Assembly (NCBI GenBank): GCA_024695935.1
Contig: JAILHH010000001.1
Location: 990-64,989, forward strand
Reading direction: 5' to 3'
Source of the DNA: Acetatifactor sp.
Lineage (GTDB): Bacteria > Bacillota > Clostridia > Lachnospirales > Lachnospiraceae
Length of the DNA: 64,000 bases
Under the pieces are notes generated by a model. It was given only the letters and a program-made list of their open reading frames with translations. It was not told where the DNA came from and made no database searches. Shown here piece after piece: positions 1 through 9,529 of the stretch. Each line of letters opens with the position of its first letter. Within the stretch, counting starts at the first letter, position 1. The position numbers and the translations under genes are program-made.

Positions 1-293
1 CTTATAATGTTATTCAGCAGTGCAAAGCTGACGGAACTCTTGATCAGCATGTAAAGCTCATCATCACTGATATCGAGATGCCTGAAATGGATGGTCACAG
101 ACTTACAAAACTTGTAAAGTCAGATGATGTTACAAAGCATATTCCCATCGTTATCTTCTCATCCCTTGTAAATGATGAGATGAAGAAAAAAGGTGAGGCA
201 CTTGGCGCTGATGCTCAGTTGTCTAAGCCTGAGATCGGAAATCTGGTCCGTATCATTGACGGAATCGTGGCTGAAAAAGGATTGGATAAATAA
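1..293 (+). CDS. C-terminal fragment of a CheY-like receiver domain, probably CheV (CheW-CheY fusion). The 5' end lies outside the window.
   Basis: Frame 3 reads through from position 3 without stops. It translates to ...DLIITDIEMPEMDGHRLTKLVKSD...IPIVIFSSL...KPEIGNLVRIIDGIV, which carries receiver-domain motifs (DIEMPxMDG, conserved Lys after the beta-5 region). A terminator follows. Confidence 0.6.
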   Translation, partial: YNVIQQCKADGTLDQHVKLIITDIEMPEMDGHRLTKLVKSDDVTKHIPIVIFSSLVNDEMKKKGEALGADAQLSKPEIGNLVRIIDGIVAEKGLDK

Positions 294-307
294 TAGTACA
301 TTTACCT

Positions 308-338
308 GAGCCGGTTAAATGACCGGCTCTGTTTTTTT
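308..338 (+). terminator. Rho-independent terminator after the cheV-like gene
   Basis: Hairpin gagccgg-ttaaatga-ccggctc followed by tgttttttt. Confidence 0.7.
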
Positions 339-347
339 GGAGTAGTT

Positions 348-1082
348 ATGGAAGATTTGTTTTTTGATGAATTAAAAAAAGATATTGAGGATGCAGAGCT
401 TGTTTTGATAGGCCTTGGCGAAGAGTTTGACCCCACCGAAAAGTGTTCTGTGGAAGAATTCGGATCTTTTGCACCTGTGATAAATTCAGAGATTGATGCG
501 GAAAAAGCAGACAGGATGACAAAAGGACTTGAAAAGCTTCAGGCTCTGATCGGTGGGAAAAATCATTTTTATATTTCCACATCCGTTAATCCTAGGATCA
601 ATAAGGTCTTTGTAAATGATGAAAAATTCGTTGCAACATGTACCGGTGCAATAGCTTTTCAGTGCCCTGCAGCATGTCTCGAAGGATACGCTTTCGGGGA
701 TGAAGAAGAGGTAAAAAAGATAGTAAGCATCAGGGATACAAAAGATTTTCAGCAATTTGGAAAGTGTCCGAAATGCGGAGAATACAGAGTGTTTAACAAT
801 ATATATGCACCCAAATATGACGAGCAGGGGTATCTGCCCATGTGGCAAAAATATACCAAGTGGCTGGAGGGAACAGTTAATAAAAAACTGGTTATCATTG
901 AATTGGGAGTTGGTTTTAAATTCCCTTCTATCATCAGATTTCCCTTTGAAAAGGTTGCATCTTATAATAAAAAGGCCAGATTTTACAGGATCAACGGGAT
1001 CTTTAGCAGCTTAACCGATACCATATCGGAAAAAGGTCATCATGTTTCCAAGAATGCGATTGAATGGCTTGAATTACTGTGA
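348..1082 (+). CDS. Hypothetical protein with a Cys4 module (QCPAAC ... CPKCGEY) flanked by hydrophobic beta-strand-like motifs (ELVLIGLGEEF, KKLVIIELGVGF). Possibly a Rossmann-like fold with an inserted zinc ribbon.
   Basis: 244-aa ORF with an RBS (ggag) 6 nt upstream of the ATG. I do not recognise a confident family. Confidence 0.55.
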   Translation: MEDLFFDELKKDIEDAELVLIGLGEEFDPTEKCSVEEFGSFAPVINSEIDAEKADRMTKGLEKLQALIGGKNHFYISTSVNPRINKVFVNDEKFVATCTGAIAFQCPAACLEGYAFGDEEEVKKIVSIRDTKDFQQFGKCPKCGEYRVFNNIYAPKYDEQGYLPMWQKYTKWLEGTVNKKLVIIELGVGFKFPSIIRFPFEKVASYNKKARFYRINGIFSSLTDTISEKGHHVSKNAIEWLELL

Positions 1083-1127
1083 TAAACTTTAATTGATTAA
1101 ACGAATAAACTACCCAGGGGGAAAGAC

Positions 1128-3962
1128 ATGTCATCACAGGAAGATTATCTTGATAGTTTATTAAAAGACATGACGGAAAATGTTCCGGAAAATTCAGCAG
1201 AGTCCAGATTGACGGAGTCTGGTTTTTATAATGCCAATAATACTGAAAATGAAGAAAAATCTGATGTTGAGGACTTAAGTTCAGAAGCCGAGGTCTTGAA
1301 TTCCGATGTTGATGCTGTAAATACTATTTCTGAGGATTTGAATTCAGATACTGAGAATTTTGATGAGGGGGATCTTAATTTTGAAGATTTGGATTCCCTG
1401 CTTGAGGATGTGTCTCTCGACAGTTCTTTGGCAGAAACTGTGGAAGCAGAGGTTCCTGAAGTGGATGTTTCGGAATCAGTTGAAACTCCTAATATAGATG
1501 AAGGTGCCACGGAAGATTTTGATGCAAATGCAATTGAAAATATCGAAGAAAGCGTCGATGAAGACATTAATACAACTACAGATGAAATAAAATTCGGTGA
1601 GGGTGAATTTACAATTACCGACGAGGAACTTTATGGTGAATCGTCAGATCCTGAAGCTCAAAGTGAACCTGATTTTATGCCTGTTACCGAAGAAGAAACA
1701 GTTGCAGAAGATTTACCCATAGAAGATACAGTTGTAGATGAGTCTCCTGTTGAGGAGATGCCTTTAGAAGAGGCAGATACTGAGTTATCTTTAACGGAGG
1801 AAATTCCTGCAGAGGAAGATATTCCTGCAGGTGCTTTAGCTTCTGCAGATTTAGAAGTTATTGATGATACAGATGTTTTTGCTGAGTCAGACATTCCTAT
1901 AGAGTCAGAAATCCCTGTAGAATCAGAAATCCCTGTAGATACAGAGATCCCCAATGAGACAGAGATGCCTTTAGAAGAGGCAGATACTGAGTTATCTTTG
2001 ACAGAGGAGATACCCGCTGAGGAGGATATTTTTGCAGAGCCTGAAACTCCTGATGAAGCCGAAATTCCTGCCCGGGCGGGCGTGGTGGCAGAGGAAATCG
2101 GACCTGAAGTTATAGATGGTCCGGGCGACCTTTTAAATGAAACAGGCGATGTGGATGCAGATGCAGATATTGTAGCTCCCACAGTGGAAGACACCGCAAA
2201 TATGTCTGCGGAAGATATTGAGAAAATGCTTCAGAACGCTGAGGCTTTAGGAAGTGAACCCGAAACTGCAGCTGAACCTGATCTCATGGATATGCTCGCT
2301 GCAGAAGACGGCGAGGACTTTAAGGATATTGAGGAAAGCCTTAAAAAAGATGAAAACAACGAGGCTATAAGTGCAGATATAGAGGCCATGCTCTCAAGTG
2401 ACAGCGATGAAAAAGAAATAGACCTGGATGACCTTGATAATATAGATGATGTACTGAATGATTCTGTGGCCGGCACCGAAAACGAAGCCGTTGAATCTGA
2501 GGAATCTGAGGAAGAAAGCCCCAAAAAGAAAAAGTCTCTTTTCGGAGGTCGAAAGGGCCGTAAGGATAAAAAGAATAAGGGTAAGGACAAAGAAGCTGAA
2601 GCCGATGAAGAGGAAATGACAGACGAACCGTCAGGTCCTTCTGAGACGGAGCTTGAATTTGCTGCCATGCAGGAAGAAAAATCTGCCGAGGCTTTGGAGG
2701 AAGTCCCTGAGGAAACCGAAGAAAAAATTGTAGATCTTACAAATCCCGTCATCGACCTTGAGCCCGACGCAGGCAAAGAGGATGAGCTTACTCCCATTGA
2801 TGATATGGATGATATAGATTCACTTCTTGCTTCTGCCAGCAAAACCGTGGATGCAAACGGTGAAGTGGTTGATGATCTTATGCCTTTGGAGGAGGATTTC
2901 CCCATTCTGGATGAAGGGGAAGACCTTGTTCCTCTGGATAGTGAGATGAGTGATGCACCAGCGAAGGATGCAGGTGAGCCAAAGGAAGAGGAAAAGAAAG
3001 GCTTCTTTGCGAAGCTTTTCAGCAAACTGACAGAGTCTGAGGATGATGATAAGCCCGAGGCCGAGCAGATCCAGCTTTCTGATGAAAATAAAGAGATCCT
3101 GGAGGAGATGGACAAAGACAAAAAGGGCAAGAAGGATAAAAAGAAAAAAGGCAAGAAGGGTAAGGGCAAGGAAGAAGGTGCAGATGCCGAGGCAACTGAG
3201 GGTGAAGACGGCGAAGAAGCACCAAAGGAAGATAAGAAAAAGAAAAAGGAAAAGAAACCTAAAAAGGAAAAGAAAGAAAAACTTGAGGAAGTCAGTCCCT
3301 ATGCTTCCACAAAGAAACTTTCATTAAAAAAATGCCTTCCCATAATTTTATTTGCAGCAACCATAGGCGGTGTGATCTTGTTTGTGGTAAATGTGGGCGG
3401 AAGTTTTGCCATGAAGAATGCAGCCCATAAGGCATTTTATGAAGAGGACTATGAGACAGTATATCAGAATCTTTACGGTAAGAAACTGAATGAGTCCGAA
3501 GAAGCCATGATGGGTAAGGCCGAGAGTATTTTAAAGATCAAATTCTGGTTAAGAGAATACGAGATGTTTGCTGACAACGGTGAAGAAGCAAAGGCTTTGG
3601 ATAATCTGATCCAGTCTGTTGGCCATTACGGCACTTTATATGACAAGGCGGTTAAGTATAATGCCGCGTCCGAAGTTGCAGAAGTATATTCAAAGTTCAT
3701 TATGATACTTGGTGACAAATATCATCTGACCGAGGATCAGGCCTTTGAGATATATGAGACCAAGAATGATATCGATTATTCCAGAATGATCTATACAATT
3801 ATCCGGGGAGGTCAATATGGTGACTGGGTTGGTCAATACGAGCTTTCGGAGGAAGAGATCCGGGCCATTTACGATGAAGTAAACGGTGGCAGTTCCTCTG
3901 CCGGTGACAAGATCCCCGGAGAAGAAGATATAAAAGAGACAGAATATATACTTGGAGAATAA
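1128..3962 (+). CDS. Large, highly acidic, low-complexity single-pass membrane protein. It has about 720 aa of D/E-rich repeats and two K-rich patches, then one TM helix, then a roughly 210-aa C-terminal globular domain.
   Basis: 944-aa ORF with a strong RBS (cagggggaaagacATG). The composition is dominated by E/D/S/T. TM segment LPIILFAATIGGVILFVVNV lies near residue 720. The C-terminal domain has normal composition. Confidence 0.8.
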   Translation: MSSQEDYLDSLLKDMTENVPENSAESRLTESGFYNANNTENEEKSDVEDLSSEAEVLNSDVDAVNTISEDLNSDTENFDEGDLNFEDLDSLLEDVSLDSSLAETVEAEVPEVDVSESVETPNIDEGATEDFDANAIENIEESVDEDINTTTDEIKFGEGEFTITDEELYGESSDPEAQSEPDFMPVTEEETVAEDLPIEDTVVDESPVEEMPLEEADTELSLTEEIPAEEDIPAGALASADLEVIDDTDVFAESDIPIESEIPVESEIPVDTEIPNETEMPLEEADTELSLTEEIPAEEDIFAEPETPDEAEIPARAGVVAEEIGPEVIDGPGDLLNETGDVDADADIVAPTVEDTANMSAEDIEKMLQNAEALGSEPETAAEPDLMDMLAAEDGEDFKDIEESLKKDENNEAISADIEAMLSSDSDEKEIDLDDLDNIDDVLNDSVAGTENEAVESEESEEESPKKKKSLFGGRKGRKDKKNKGKDKEAEADEEEMTDEPSGPSETELEFAAMQEEKSAEALEEVPEETEEKIVDLTNPVIDLEPDAGKEDELTPIDDMDDIDSLLASASKTVDANGEVVDDLMPLEEDFPILDEGEDLVPLDSEMSDAPAKDAGEPKEEEKKGFFAKLFSKLTESEDDDKPEAEQIQLSDENKEILEEMDKDKKGKKDKKKKGKKGKGKEEGADAEATEGEDGEEAPKEDKKKKKEKKPKKEKKEKLEEVSPYASTKKLSLKKCLPIILFAATIGGVILFVVNVGGSFAMKNAAHKAFYEEDYETVYQNLYGKKLNESEEAMMGKAESILKIKFWLREYEMFADNGEEAKALDNLIQSVGHYGTLYDKAVKYNAASEVAEVYSKFIMILGDKYHLTEDQAFEIYETKNDIDYSRMIYTIIRGGQYGDWVGQYELSEEEIRAIYDEVNGGSSSAGDKIPGEEDIKETEYILGE

Positions 3963-3967
3963 TTTTT

Positions 3968-4588
3968 ATGATCGCTTTAATAGATTATGATGCGGGAAAT
4001 ATCAAGAGTGTTGAAAAAGCTCTTGATTTTCTTGGCGCGGAAAATGTTTTGACCAGAGACCCCTCTGTGATATTGAATGCTGATGGTGTTATCCTGCCCG
4101 GTGTTGGAAGCTTTGGCGATGCCATGGAGAGATTAAAGGGTTACGGTCTTTGTGATGTTATTAAAAAAGTATGTGAAAAAGGCACTCCTTTTTTGGGTAT
4201 CTGTCTGGGACTTCAGCTTTTGTTTGATTCTTCCGAAGAATCAGTCGGTGTTGAAGGCCTGGGTATCTTAAAGGGAAAGGTTAAAAAGATTCCGGACGCG
4301 GAAGGACTCAAGGTTCCTCACATGGGCTGGAATGACCTTTCATATCCTTCAAAGGGTAGACTTTTTTTGGGGATTCCCGAGAATTCTTATGTCTATTTTG
4401 TTCACTCTTATTATCTTGAGGCACAGGATGAAAGCATTGTGAAAGCCACAACAGATTATGGCACACTTATACATGCTTCCGTTGAACAGAGAAATGTATT
4501 TGCATGTCAGTTTCATCCGGAAAAAAGCAGTGAAGTGGGTCTAAAGATCCTGCAAAACTTCCTGAATGTAGTAAAGGAGGGAAAATAA
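3968..4588 (+). CDS. hisH: Imidazole glycerol phosphate synthase, glutamine amidotransferase subunit
   Basis: [15 protein letters not shown]...[14 protein letters not shown]...GICLGLQLL...FHPEKS. Classic class-I GATase HisH motifs (catalytic Cys in GICLG, His/Glu near the C-terminus). Confidence 0.92.
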   Translation: MIALIDYDAGNIKSVEKALDFLGAENVLTRDPSVILNADGVILPGVGSFGDAMERLKGYGLCDVIKKVCEKGTPFLGICLGLQLLFDSSEESVGVEGLGILKGKVKKIPDAEGLKVPHMGWNDLSYPSKGRLFLGIPENSYVYFVHSYYLEAQDESIVKATTDYGTLIHASVEQRNVFACQFHPEKSSEVGLKILQNFLNVVKEGK

Positions 4589-5349
4589 TGTACACAAAGA
4601 GGATCATTCCCTGCCTTGATGTAAAGGACGGAAGAGTTGTAAAAGGTGTTAATTTTGTTAATTTAAAAGATGCCGGTGATCCGGCTGAACAGGCGTCTGT
4701 TTATGACAAGGCCGGCGCGGATGAACTTGTTTTTTTGGATATAACCGCTTCAAGTGATAACAGAGATACACAGCTTGAATGGGTCAGAGAAGTTGCTGCC
4801 AATGTTTTTATCCCCTTTACTGTAGGGGGAGGCATCAAGACTGTTTCTGACTTTAAAGCAATTCTCCGTGAGGGCGCGGACAAGATCGCCATCAATTCGG
4901 CGGCTATCATGAATCCGAAACTCATAAACGAGGGAGCTGAAAAATTCGGAAGCCAATGTGTTGTTGTAGCAATAGATGCAAAGAAAAGGCCTGATGCTGA
5001 AGGCTGGACCATCTACAAAAACGGCGGAAGAGTTGACATGAACATTGATGCCGTGGAGTGGGCCAGACGCGCCGAAAAACTGGGCGCCGGTGAAATCCTT
5101 TTAACCAGTATGGACTGTGACGGCACGAAGTCAGGGTACGACCTTGAACTTACAAAGGCCATCGCATCATCGGTTTCAATTCCGGTTATTGCCAGCGGCG
5201 GTGCGGGCAGTTTAAAGGATTTTTATGATGTTTTTGATGAGGGATGTGCAGATGCAGCCCTTGCGGCATCTCTTTTCCATTACAAGGAACTTGAGATCAG
5301 AGAAGTAAAAGAGTATTTGAAGGATAAAGGCATCAGTGTTCGTCTATGA
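4588..5349 (+). CDS. hisF: Imidazole glycerol phosphate synthase, cyclase subunit
   Basis: [20 protein letters not shown]...[11 protein letters not shown]...AIDAKK. HisF TIM-barrel signatures. The start overlaps the hisH stop (TAATG). Confidence 0.92.
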   Translation: MYTKRIIPCLDVKDGRVVKGVNFVNLKDAGDPAEQASVYDKAGADELVFLDITASSDNRDTQLEWVREVAANVFIPFTVGGGIKTVSDFKAILREGADKIAINSAAIMNPKLINEGAEKFGSQCVVVAIDAKKRPDAEGWTIYKNGGRVDMNIDAVEWARRAEKLGAGEILLTSMDCDGTKSGYDLELTKAIASSVSIPVIASGGAGSLKDFYDVFDEGCADAALAASLFHYKELEIREVKEYLKDKGISVRL

Positions 5350-5367
5350 TGCCGGATTTGGAATATT

Positions 5368-6042
5368 ATGGGAATGATCGAAAACGACTGGCTAGCGCCA
5401 TTGTCGGTTGAATTTAAAAAAGATTATTATAAAGAACTGTTTAAATTTGTAAAGAAAGAGTATTCGGAATATACGATTTTCCCAAGGTCAGAGGATATTT
5501 TCAATGCTTTCCATTACACGCCTTTAAAAGACGTGAAGGTGGTGATCCTCGGACAGGACCCGTATCATGATTTCGGTCAGGCACACGGGCTTTGCTTTTC
5601 GGTTTTGCCCGGAGTGGACACGCCCCCTTCGCTTGTAAATATTTACAAAGAATTACAGGATGATTTGGGCTGCAGGATCCCTAATAACGGATGCCTCGAA
5701 AAATGGGCTCGCCAGGGAGTGTTGCTTTTAAACACGGTTTTGACTGTCAGAGCTCATCAGGCTAATTCCCACAGAGGAAAAGGCTGGGAAGAGTTTACGG
5801 ATGCGGTCATACGTATACTGGATCGTGAGGACAGACCCATTGTTTTCATACTTTGGGGGAAGCCTGCTCAGACCAAGAAAGGGATGTTAAAAAATCCAAA
5901 GCATCTGATCCTTGAAGCGCCTCATCCCAGTCCGTTATCTGCTTACAGAGGATTCTTTGGCAGCAAGCCATTCAGTAAGACCAATGAATTTTTGGAAAAA
6001 AATGGACTTTCACCTATTGACTGGCAGATAGAGGACATATAA
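5368..6042 (+). CDS. ung: Uracil-DNA glycosylase
   Basis: [10 protein letters not shown]...[10 protein letters not shown]...[17 protein letters not shown]...HPSPLSA. Family-1 UDG motifs. Confidence 0.92.
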   Translation: MGMIENDWLAPLSVEFKKDYYKELFKFVKKEYSEYTIFPRSEDIFNAFHYTPLKDVKVVILGQDPYHDFGQAHGLCFSVLPGVDTPPSLVNIYKELQDDLGCRIPNNGCLEKWARQGVLLLNTVLTVRAHQANSHRGKGWEEFTDAVIRILDREDRPIVFILWGKPAQTKKGMLKNPKHLILEAPHPSPLSAYRGFFGSKPFSKTNEFLEKNGLSPIDWQIEDI

Positions 6043-6134
6043 AATATAAAAGAATATTTGAGAATCAAAAGCAGGGTCGCTTAACATATAGGCGTATTCT
6101 GCTTTTTTGTTTGGAAAAATGAGAGTTAAAAATA

Positions 6135-6163
6135 TTGACTTTAGCACATCAGTGTAATATAGT
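6135..6163 (+). promoter_or_regulatory. Sigma-A type promoter upstream of ddh
   Basis: TTGACT, 17-nt spacer, TATAGT. Confidence 0.5.
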
Positions 6164-6224
6164 TTTACTATCGTTTTTCAACTTGTATTTACATCAGTTA
6201 ATAAAATAAAAAAGGAGATAAACA

Positions 6225-7208
6225 ATGACAAGAGTAGGAATTCTGGGATACGGAAATCTCGGCAGAGGAATCGAATCTGCCATTAGACAAAATAAAGATA
6301 TGGAGCTTGTATGTGTTTTCACAAGACGTGATCCCGCATCGGTAAAGATAGCTACTGAGGGCGTTAAGGTTCTCAATGTTTCAGAGGCAGAGTCAATGAA
6401 GGACAAGATCGATGTCCTCATCATCTGCGGCGGTTCCGCAACAGACCTTCCAAAGCAGACTCCCGAGTATGCAAAATTCTTTAATGTTATCGACAGCTTT
6501 GACACTCATGCTAACATTCCCACACATTTTGCAAATGTTGATAAAGCTGCAAAGGAAAGCGGACATGTAGCACTTATTTCCTGCGGATGGGATCCCGGTA
6601 TGTTCTCATTAAACAGACTTTATGCAAATTGCATTCTGCCTGAAGGAAATGATTATACATTCTGGGGTAAGGGCGTAAGTCAGGGTCATTCAGATGCAAT
6701 CAGAAGAATTGACGGAGTATTGGATGCAAGACAGTATACCGTACCCGTTCCCGAAGCTCTTGCAAGCGTTAGAAACGGTGAGAATCCGGAACTTACCACC
6801 AGACAGAAGCATACAAGAGAGTGCTATGTTGTTGTCAAAGAAGGTGCAGATAAGGCAAGGATCGAAAATGAGATCAAGACCATGCCCAATTACTTTGCAG
6901 ACTATGATACAACCGTTAATTTCATCTCTCAGGAAGAACTGGACAGAGATCACAAGGGAATTCCTCACGGCGGTTTCGTGATCCGTTCGGGAAAGACAGG
7001 CTTTAATAAAGAAAACAATCATATTATTGAATACAGCCTTAAACTGGATTCAAATCCTGAGTTTACAGGTTCAGTTATAACAGCATATGCACGTGCTGCC
7101 CACAGACTTGCAAAAGAGGGTCAGACAGGCTGTAAGACTGTGTTTGATGTGGCTCCCGCTTATCTTTCTCCTCTGAGCGCTGAAGAGATGAGAGCTCATC
7201 TTCTTTAA
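6225..7208 (+). CDS. ddh: meso-Diaminopimelate D-dehydrogenase
   Basis: MTRVGILGYGNLGRG N-terminal NADP-binding motif, CGWDPGMFS, 327 aa. This matches the Ddh family in length and motifs. RBS aaggagat. Confidence 0.8.
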   Translation: MTRVGILGYGNLGRGIESAIRQNKDMELVCVFTRRDPASVKIATEGVKVLNVSEAESMKDKIDVLIICGGSATDLPKQTPEYAKFFNVIDSFDTHANIPTHFANVDKAAKESGHVALISCGWDPGMFSLNRLYANCILPEGNDYTFWGKGVSQGHSDAIRRIDGVLDARQYTVPVPEALASVRNGENPELTTRQKHTRECYVVVKEGADKARIENEIKTMPNYFADYDTTVNFISQEELDRDHKGIPHGGFVIRSGKTGFNKENNHIIEYSLKLDSNPEFTGSVITAYARAAHRLAKEGQTGCKTVFDVAPAYLSPLSAEEMRAHLL

Positions 7209-7284
7209 TTGTTTTTTTTAACATACTGAATTTAAGTTTTTAGATTTTTGGTTTTGTGTTAATATAATATTGATGTGTTGATTC

Positions 7285-7313
7285 CCGGGTGGCACATGCC
7301 ACCCGGTTTTTTT
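7285..7313 (+). terminator. Rho-independent terminator after ddh
   Basis: ccgggtggc-acat-gccacccgg followed by ttttttt. It overlaps the upstream part of the long ORF call, which argues that the next gene starts at 7333. Confidence 0.85.
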
Positions 7314-7332
7314 GCTTAACAGAGGGATAACC

Positions 7333-8379
7333 ATGAGATATGGCAGTTTTTTAAAAGGAAACGGAACAGTGGGCTTTATTGCTCCTTCATTTGGATGTGC
7401 CACAGAGCCTTACGATCTGCTCTTTGACAAAACATTGGAAAAACTTGAAAGTATGGGATACCGATACAAACTTGGTCCTAATTGCAGGATCTCGGAAGGG
7501 GTGGGTATAAGTAACACCCCACAAAAATGCGGCCTTGAAGTAATGGATTTTTTTAAAGATCCTGAGAGTGACGTCCTTATTTCCTGCGGTGGTGGAGAGT
7601 TGATGTGTGAGATCCTGGACTTCATTGACTTTGATGAATTAAAGAAGCTTCCGCCCAAACTCTTTATGGGTTATTCGGATAATACCAATCTGATTTTTTT
7701 GCTTAACACTCTGTGTGACACGGCAGCCATCTACGGCCCCTGTGCAGCCGAGTTTGGAAAGAATACCTGGGAAGAGTCGGATAAAGACGCATTTCAAATG
7801 TTATGTGGTAATAAACTTGAAGTTCATTCATATGATAAATGGCAGGCAGACGATGAAAAATTCGAGGATATATATGCCGGATACAATATGACCCACGACA
7901 GGATCCATGTGATTTATAATAACGGAAAAGTGTTTAGATCCACGGAAGAGTACCCTGAGTTTTCTTTTGATGGCAGGATCATCGGAGGGTGCCTGGACTG
8001 CCTGGTAAATATCTGTGGAACAAAGTTTGATAAGGTTTCAGAATTTGTTGAAAGATACAGGAACGAAGGCATAATTTGGTTTTTGGAAAGCTGTGAACTC
8101 AATGTCTTTTCTATCAGAAGGGCGCTGTGGAATCTGGACAGAGCAGGATGGTTTAAATATACCAAAGGTTTTTTGATCGGCAGGAGTTTAAACGGCGGGG
8201 AATTATTTAACCTGGACAACACAAATGCATATGTGGGAGCCCTTTCAAAATACAATGTTCCCATTATTATGGATATGGATATAGGGCATCTTGATCCTAT
8301 GATGCCTATACTGTCCGGAGCTTTTTCAGAAGTTTGCTCAAAGCAAAATCAAGTTTTGATAAAATTTCGATTAATTTAA
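7333..8379 (+). CDS. LD-carboxypeptidase (peptidase S66, MccF-like)
   Basis: GFIAPSFG N-terminal motif, GYSDNTNL Ser-nucleophile motif, C-terminal His region. Start chosen at MRYGSF, downstream of the terminator, with RBS agaggga. Confidence 0.8.
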   Translation: MRYGSFLKGNGTVGFIAPSFGCATEPYDLLFDKTLEKLESMGYRYKLGPNCRISEGVGISNTPQKCGLEVMDFFKDPESDVLISCGGGELMCEILDFIDFDELKKLPPKLFMGYSDNTNLIFLLNTLCDTAAIYGPCAAEFGKNTWEESDKDAFQMLCGNKLEVHSYDKWQADDEKFEDIYAGYNMTHDRIHVIYNNGKVFRSTEEYPEFSFDGRIIGGCLDCLVNICGTKFDKVSEFVERYRNEGIIWFLESCELNVFSIRRALWNLDRAGWFKYTKGFLIGRSLNGGELFNLDNTNAYVGALSKYNVPIIMDMDIGHLDPMMPILSGAFSEVCSKQNQVLIKFRLI

Positions 8380-8461
8380 GTTAATTGCTTGAAAAATTAC
8401 TAAAAATAGTATATTATTCTAAATATATAACTGAATACTTATTAACACTAGGAGGGACTGC

Positions 8462-8935
8462 ATGGTAGACGTTAACGTAATCAATCCGTTTCTTGAAGCA
8501 GCAATATCCACCCTTGAAATGGTTGCACAGATTAAACTTACCGTAGGAAAACCTTTCTTACGTGAGAACCTCGATTTTAGCGATGAAAATGTTCTAACTA
8601 TAGTTGGTATTACCGGCGCCATGAAGGGTCGTGTTATTATGGCTCTTCCCGCTTCAAATGCTAAAAATGTGGCCAGTAATATGATGATGGGCATGCCGGT
8701 GGATGAACTTAACGAAATGGCATTGTCGGCATTATCAGAACTTGGAAATATGACCATGGGAACTGCGGCAACAATTTTCTCTACCAAAAATGTTTTGATA
8801 GACATCACTCCTCCCATGATTCAACATGGTACAGTGAAGATGGAAACTTTCAATTCCCAGATGATCTGTGTTCCTATGCTTAAAGACGGAACAGATTTCA
8901 TGGAGATTAACATCATTTTAAAAACAAACAATTAA
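8462..8935 (+). CDS. cheX: Chemotaxis CheY-P phosphatase CheX (CheC/CheX/FliY family)
   Basis: MVDVNVINPFLEAA..., ALSELGNMTMG and DITPP motifs that closely resemble characterised CheX. 157 aa, strong RBS ggaggg. Confidence 0.85.
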   Translation: MVDVNVINPFLEAAISTLEMVAQIKLTVGKPFLRENLDFSDENVLTIVGITGAMKGRVIMALPASNAKNVASNMMMGMPVDELNEMALSALSELGNMTMGTAATIFSTKNVLIDITPPMIQHGTVKMETFNSQMICVPMLKDGTDFMEINIILKTNN

Positions 8936-8947
8936 GGAGACTAACAC

Positions 8948-9313
8948 ATGGCAAAATCAGTACTTGTTGTAGATGACGCGGCTTTCATGAGAATGATGCT
9001 TAAGGATATTCTTACAAAGAACGGATTTGAGGTTGTTGGTGAAGCCGTAGATGGTGGTGACGCACTTAAAAAATATGAAGCGTTAAAACCCGATCTGGTA
9101 ACACTTGATATCACAATGCCTGAGATGGACGGAATCACAGCACTTAAAGAATTAAAGAAAATGAATCCTGATATTAAAGCGGTAATGTGTTCGGCAATGG
9201 GTCAGCAGAGCATGGTTATCGAAGCTATTCAAAACGGAGCGAAGGATTTTATCGTTAAACCCTTCCAGGCGGAACGTGTTGTGGAAGCTTTGACAAAGGT
9301 TGGCAATATGTAA
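8948..9313 (+). CDS. cheY: Chemotaxis response regulator CheY
   Basis: Single receiver domain, 121 aa: VLVVDDAAFMR...DITMPEMDG...KPF. RBS aaggag. Confidence 0.9.
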   Translation: MAKSVLVVDDAAFMRMMLKDILTKNGFEVVGEAVDGGDALKKYEALKPDLVTLDITMPEMDGITALKELKKMNPDIKAVMCSAMGQQSMVIEAIQNGAKDFIVKPFQAERVVEALTKVGNM

Positions 9314-9320
9314 GATTTTT

Positions 9321-9357
9321 AAAGGTACATACATTGAAATGTATGTACCTTTTAGTT
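9321..9357 (+). terminator. Rho-independent terminator after cheY
   Basis: aaaggtacatacat-tgaaa-tgtatgtaccttttag. Confidence 0.8.
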
Positions 9358-9369
9358 TCGAAATTTTAC

Positions 9370-9398
9370 TTGTCAGGCAAACAATTATATGTTAATAT
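9370..9398 (+). promoter_or_regulatory. Sigma-A type promoter for tRNA-Leu
   Basis: TTGTCA, 17-nt spacer, TAATAT, about 18 nt upstream of the tRNA 5' end. Confidence 0.55.
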
Positions 9399-9416
9399 TC
9401 ATATTGTTGTTGAGAA

Positions 9417-9499
9417 GCCGGTGTGTCGGAATGGCAGACGAGGCAGACTCAAAATCTGTTTGTGGCAACACAGTGTGGGTTCAAGTCCCACCACCGGCA
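9417..9499 (+). tRNA. tRNA-Leu (anticodon CAA), class II with a long variable arm; no encoded CCA
   Basis: Acceptor stem GCCGGTG / CACCGGC plus discriminator A. Anticodon loop CTCAAAA (CAA at positions 34-36). Long variable arm. T-loop GGTTCAAGTCC. Confidence 0.85.
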
Positions 9500-9503
9500 T
9501 TGA

Positions 9504-9529
9504 CTCCGAAAATTTTTTCGGAGTTTTTT
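9504..9529 (+). terminator. Rho-independent terminator downstream of the tRNA
   Basis: ctccgaaaa-tttt-ttcggag followed by tttttt. Confidence 0.75.

Noticed and set aside
1226-3327. Several long ORFs on the minus strand and in alternate frames (1226-1567, 1658-2194, 2231-3169, 3019-3225 and 3043-3327, the last giving a K/R-rich 94-aa peptide) inside the acidic-protein gene
   Set aside because: They are Ser-rich or Lys-rich low-complexity translations of the GA/GAA-rich repeat DNA with no RBS. They are frame artefacts of the biased composition of the real + strand gene.
8419-8817. 132-aa minus-strand ORF antisense to cheX
   Set aside because: It lies entirely within the well-supported cheX CDS and has no independent signals.
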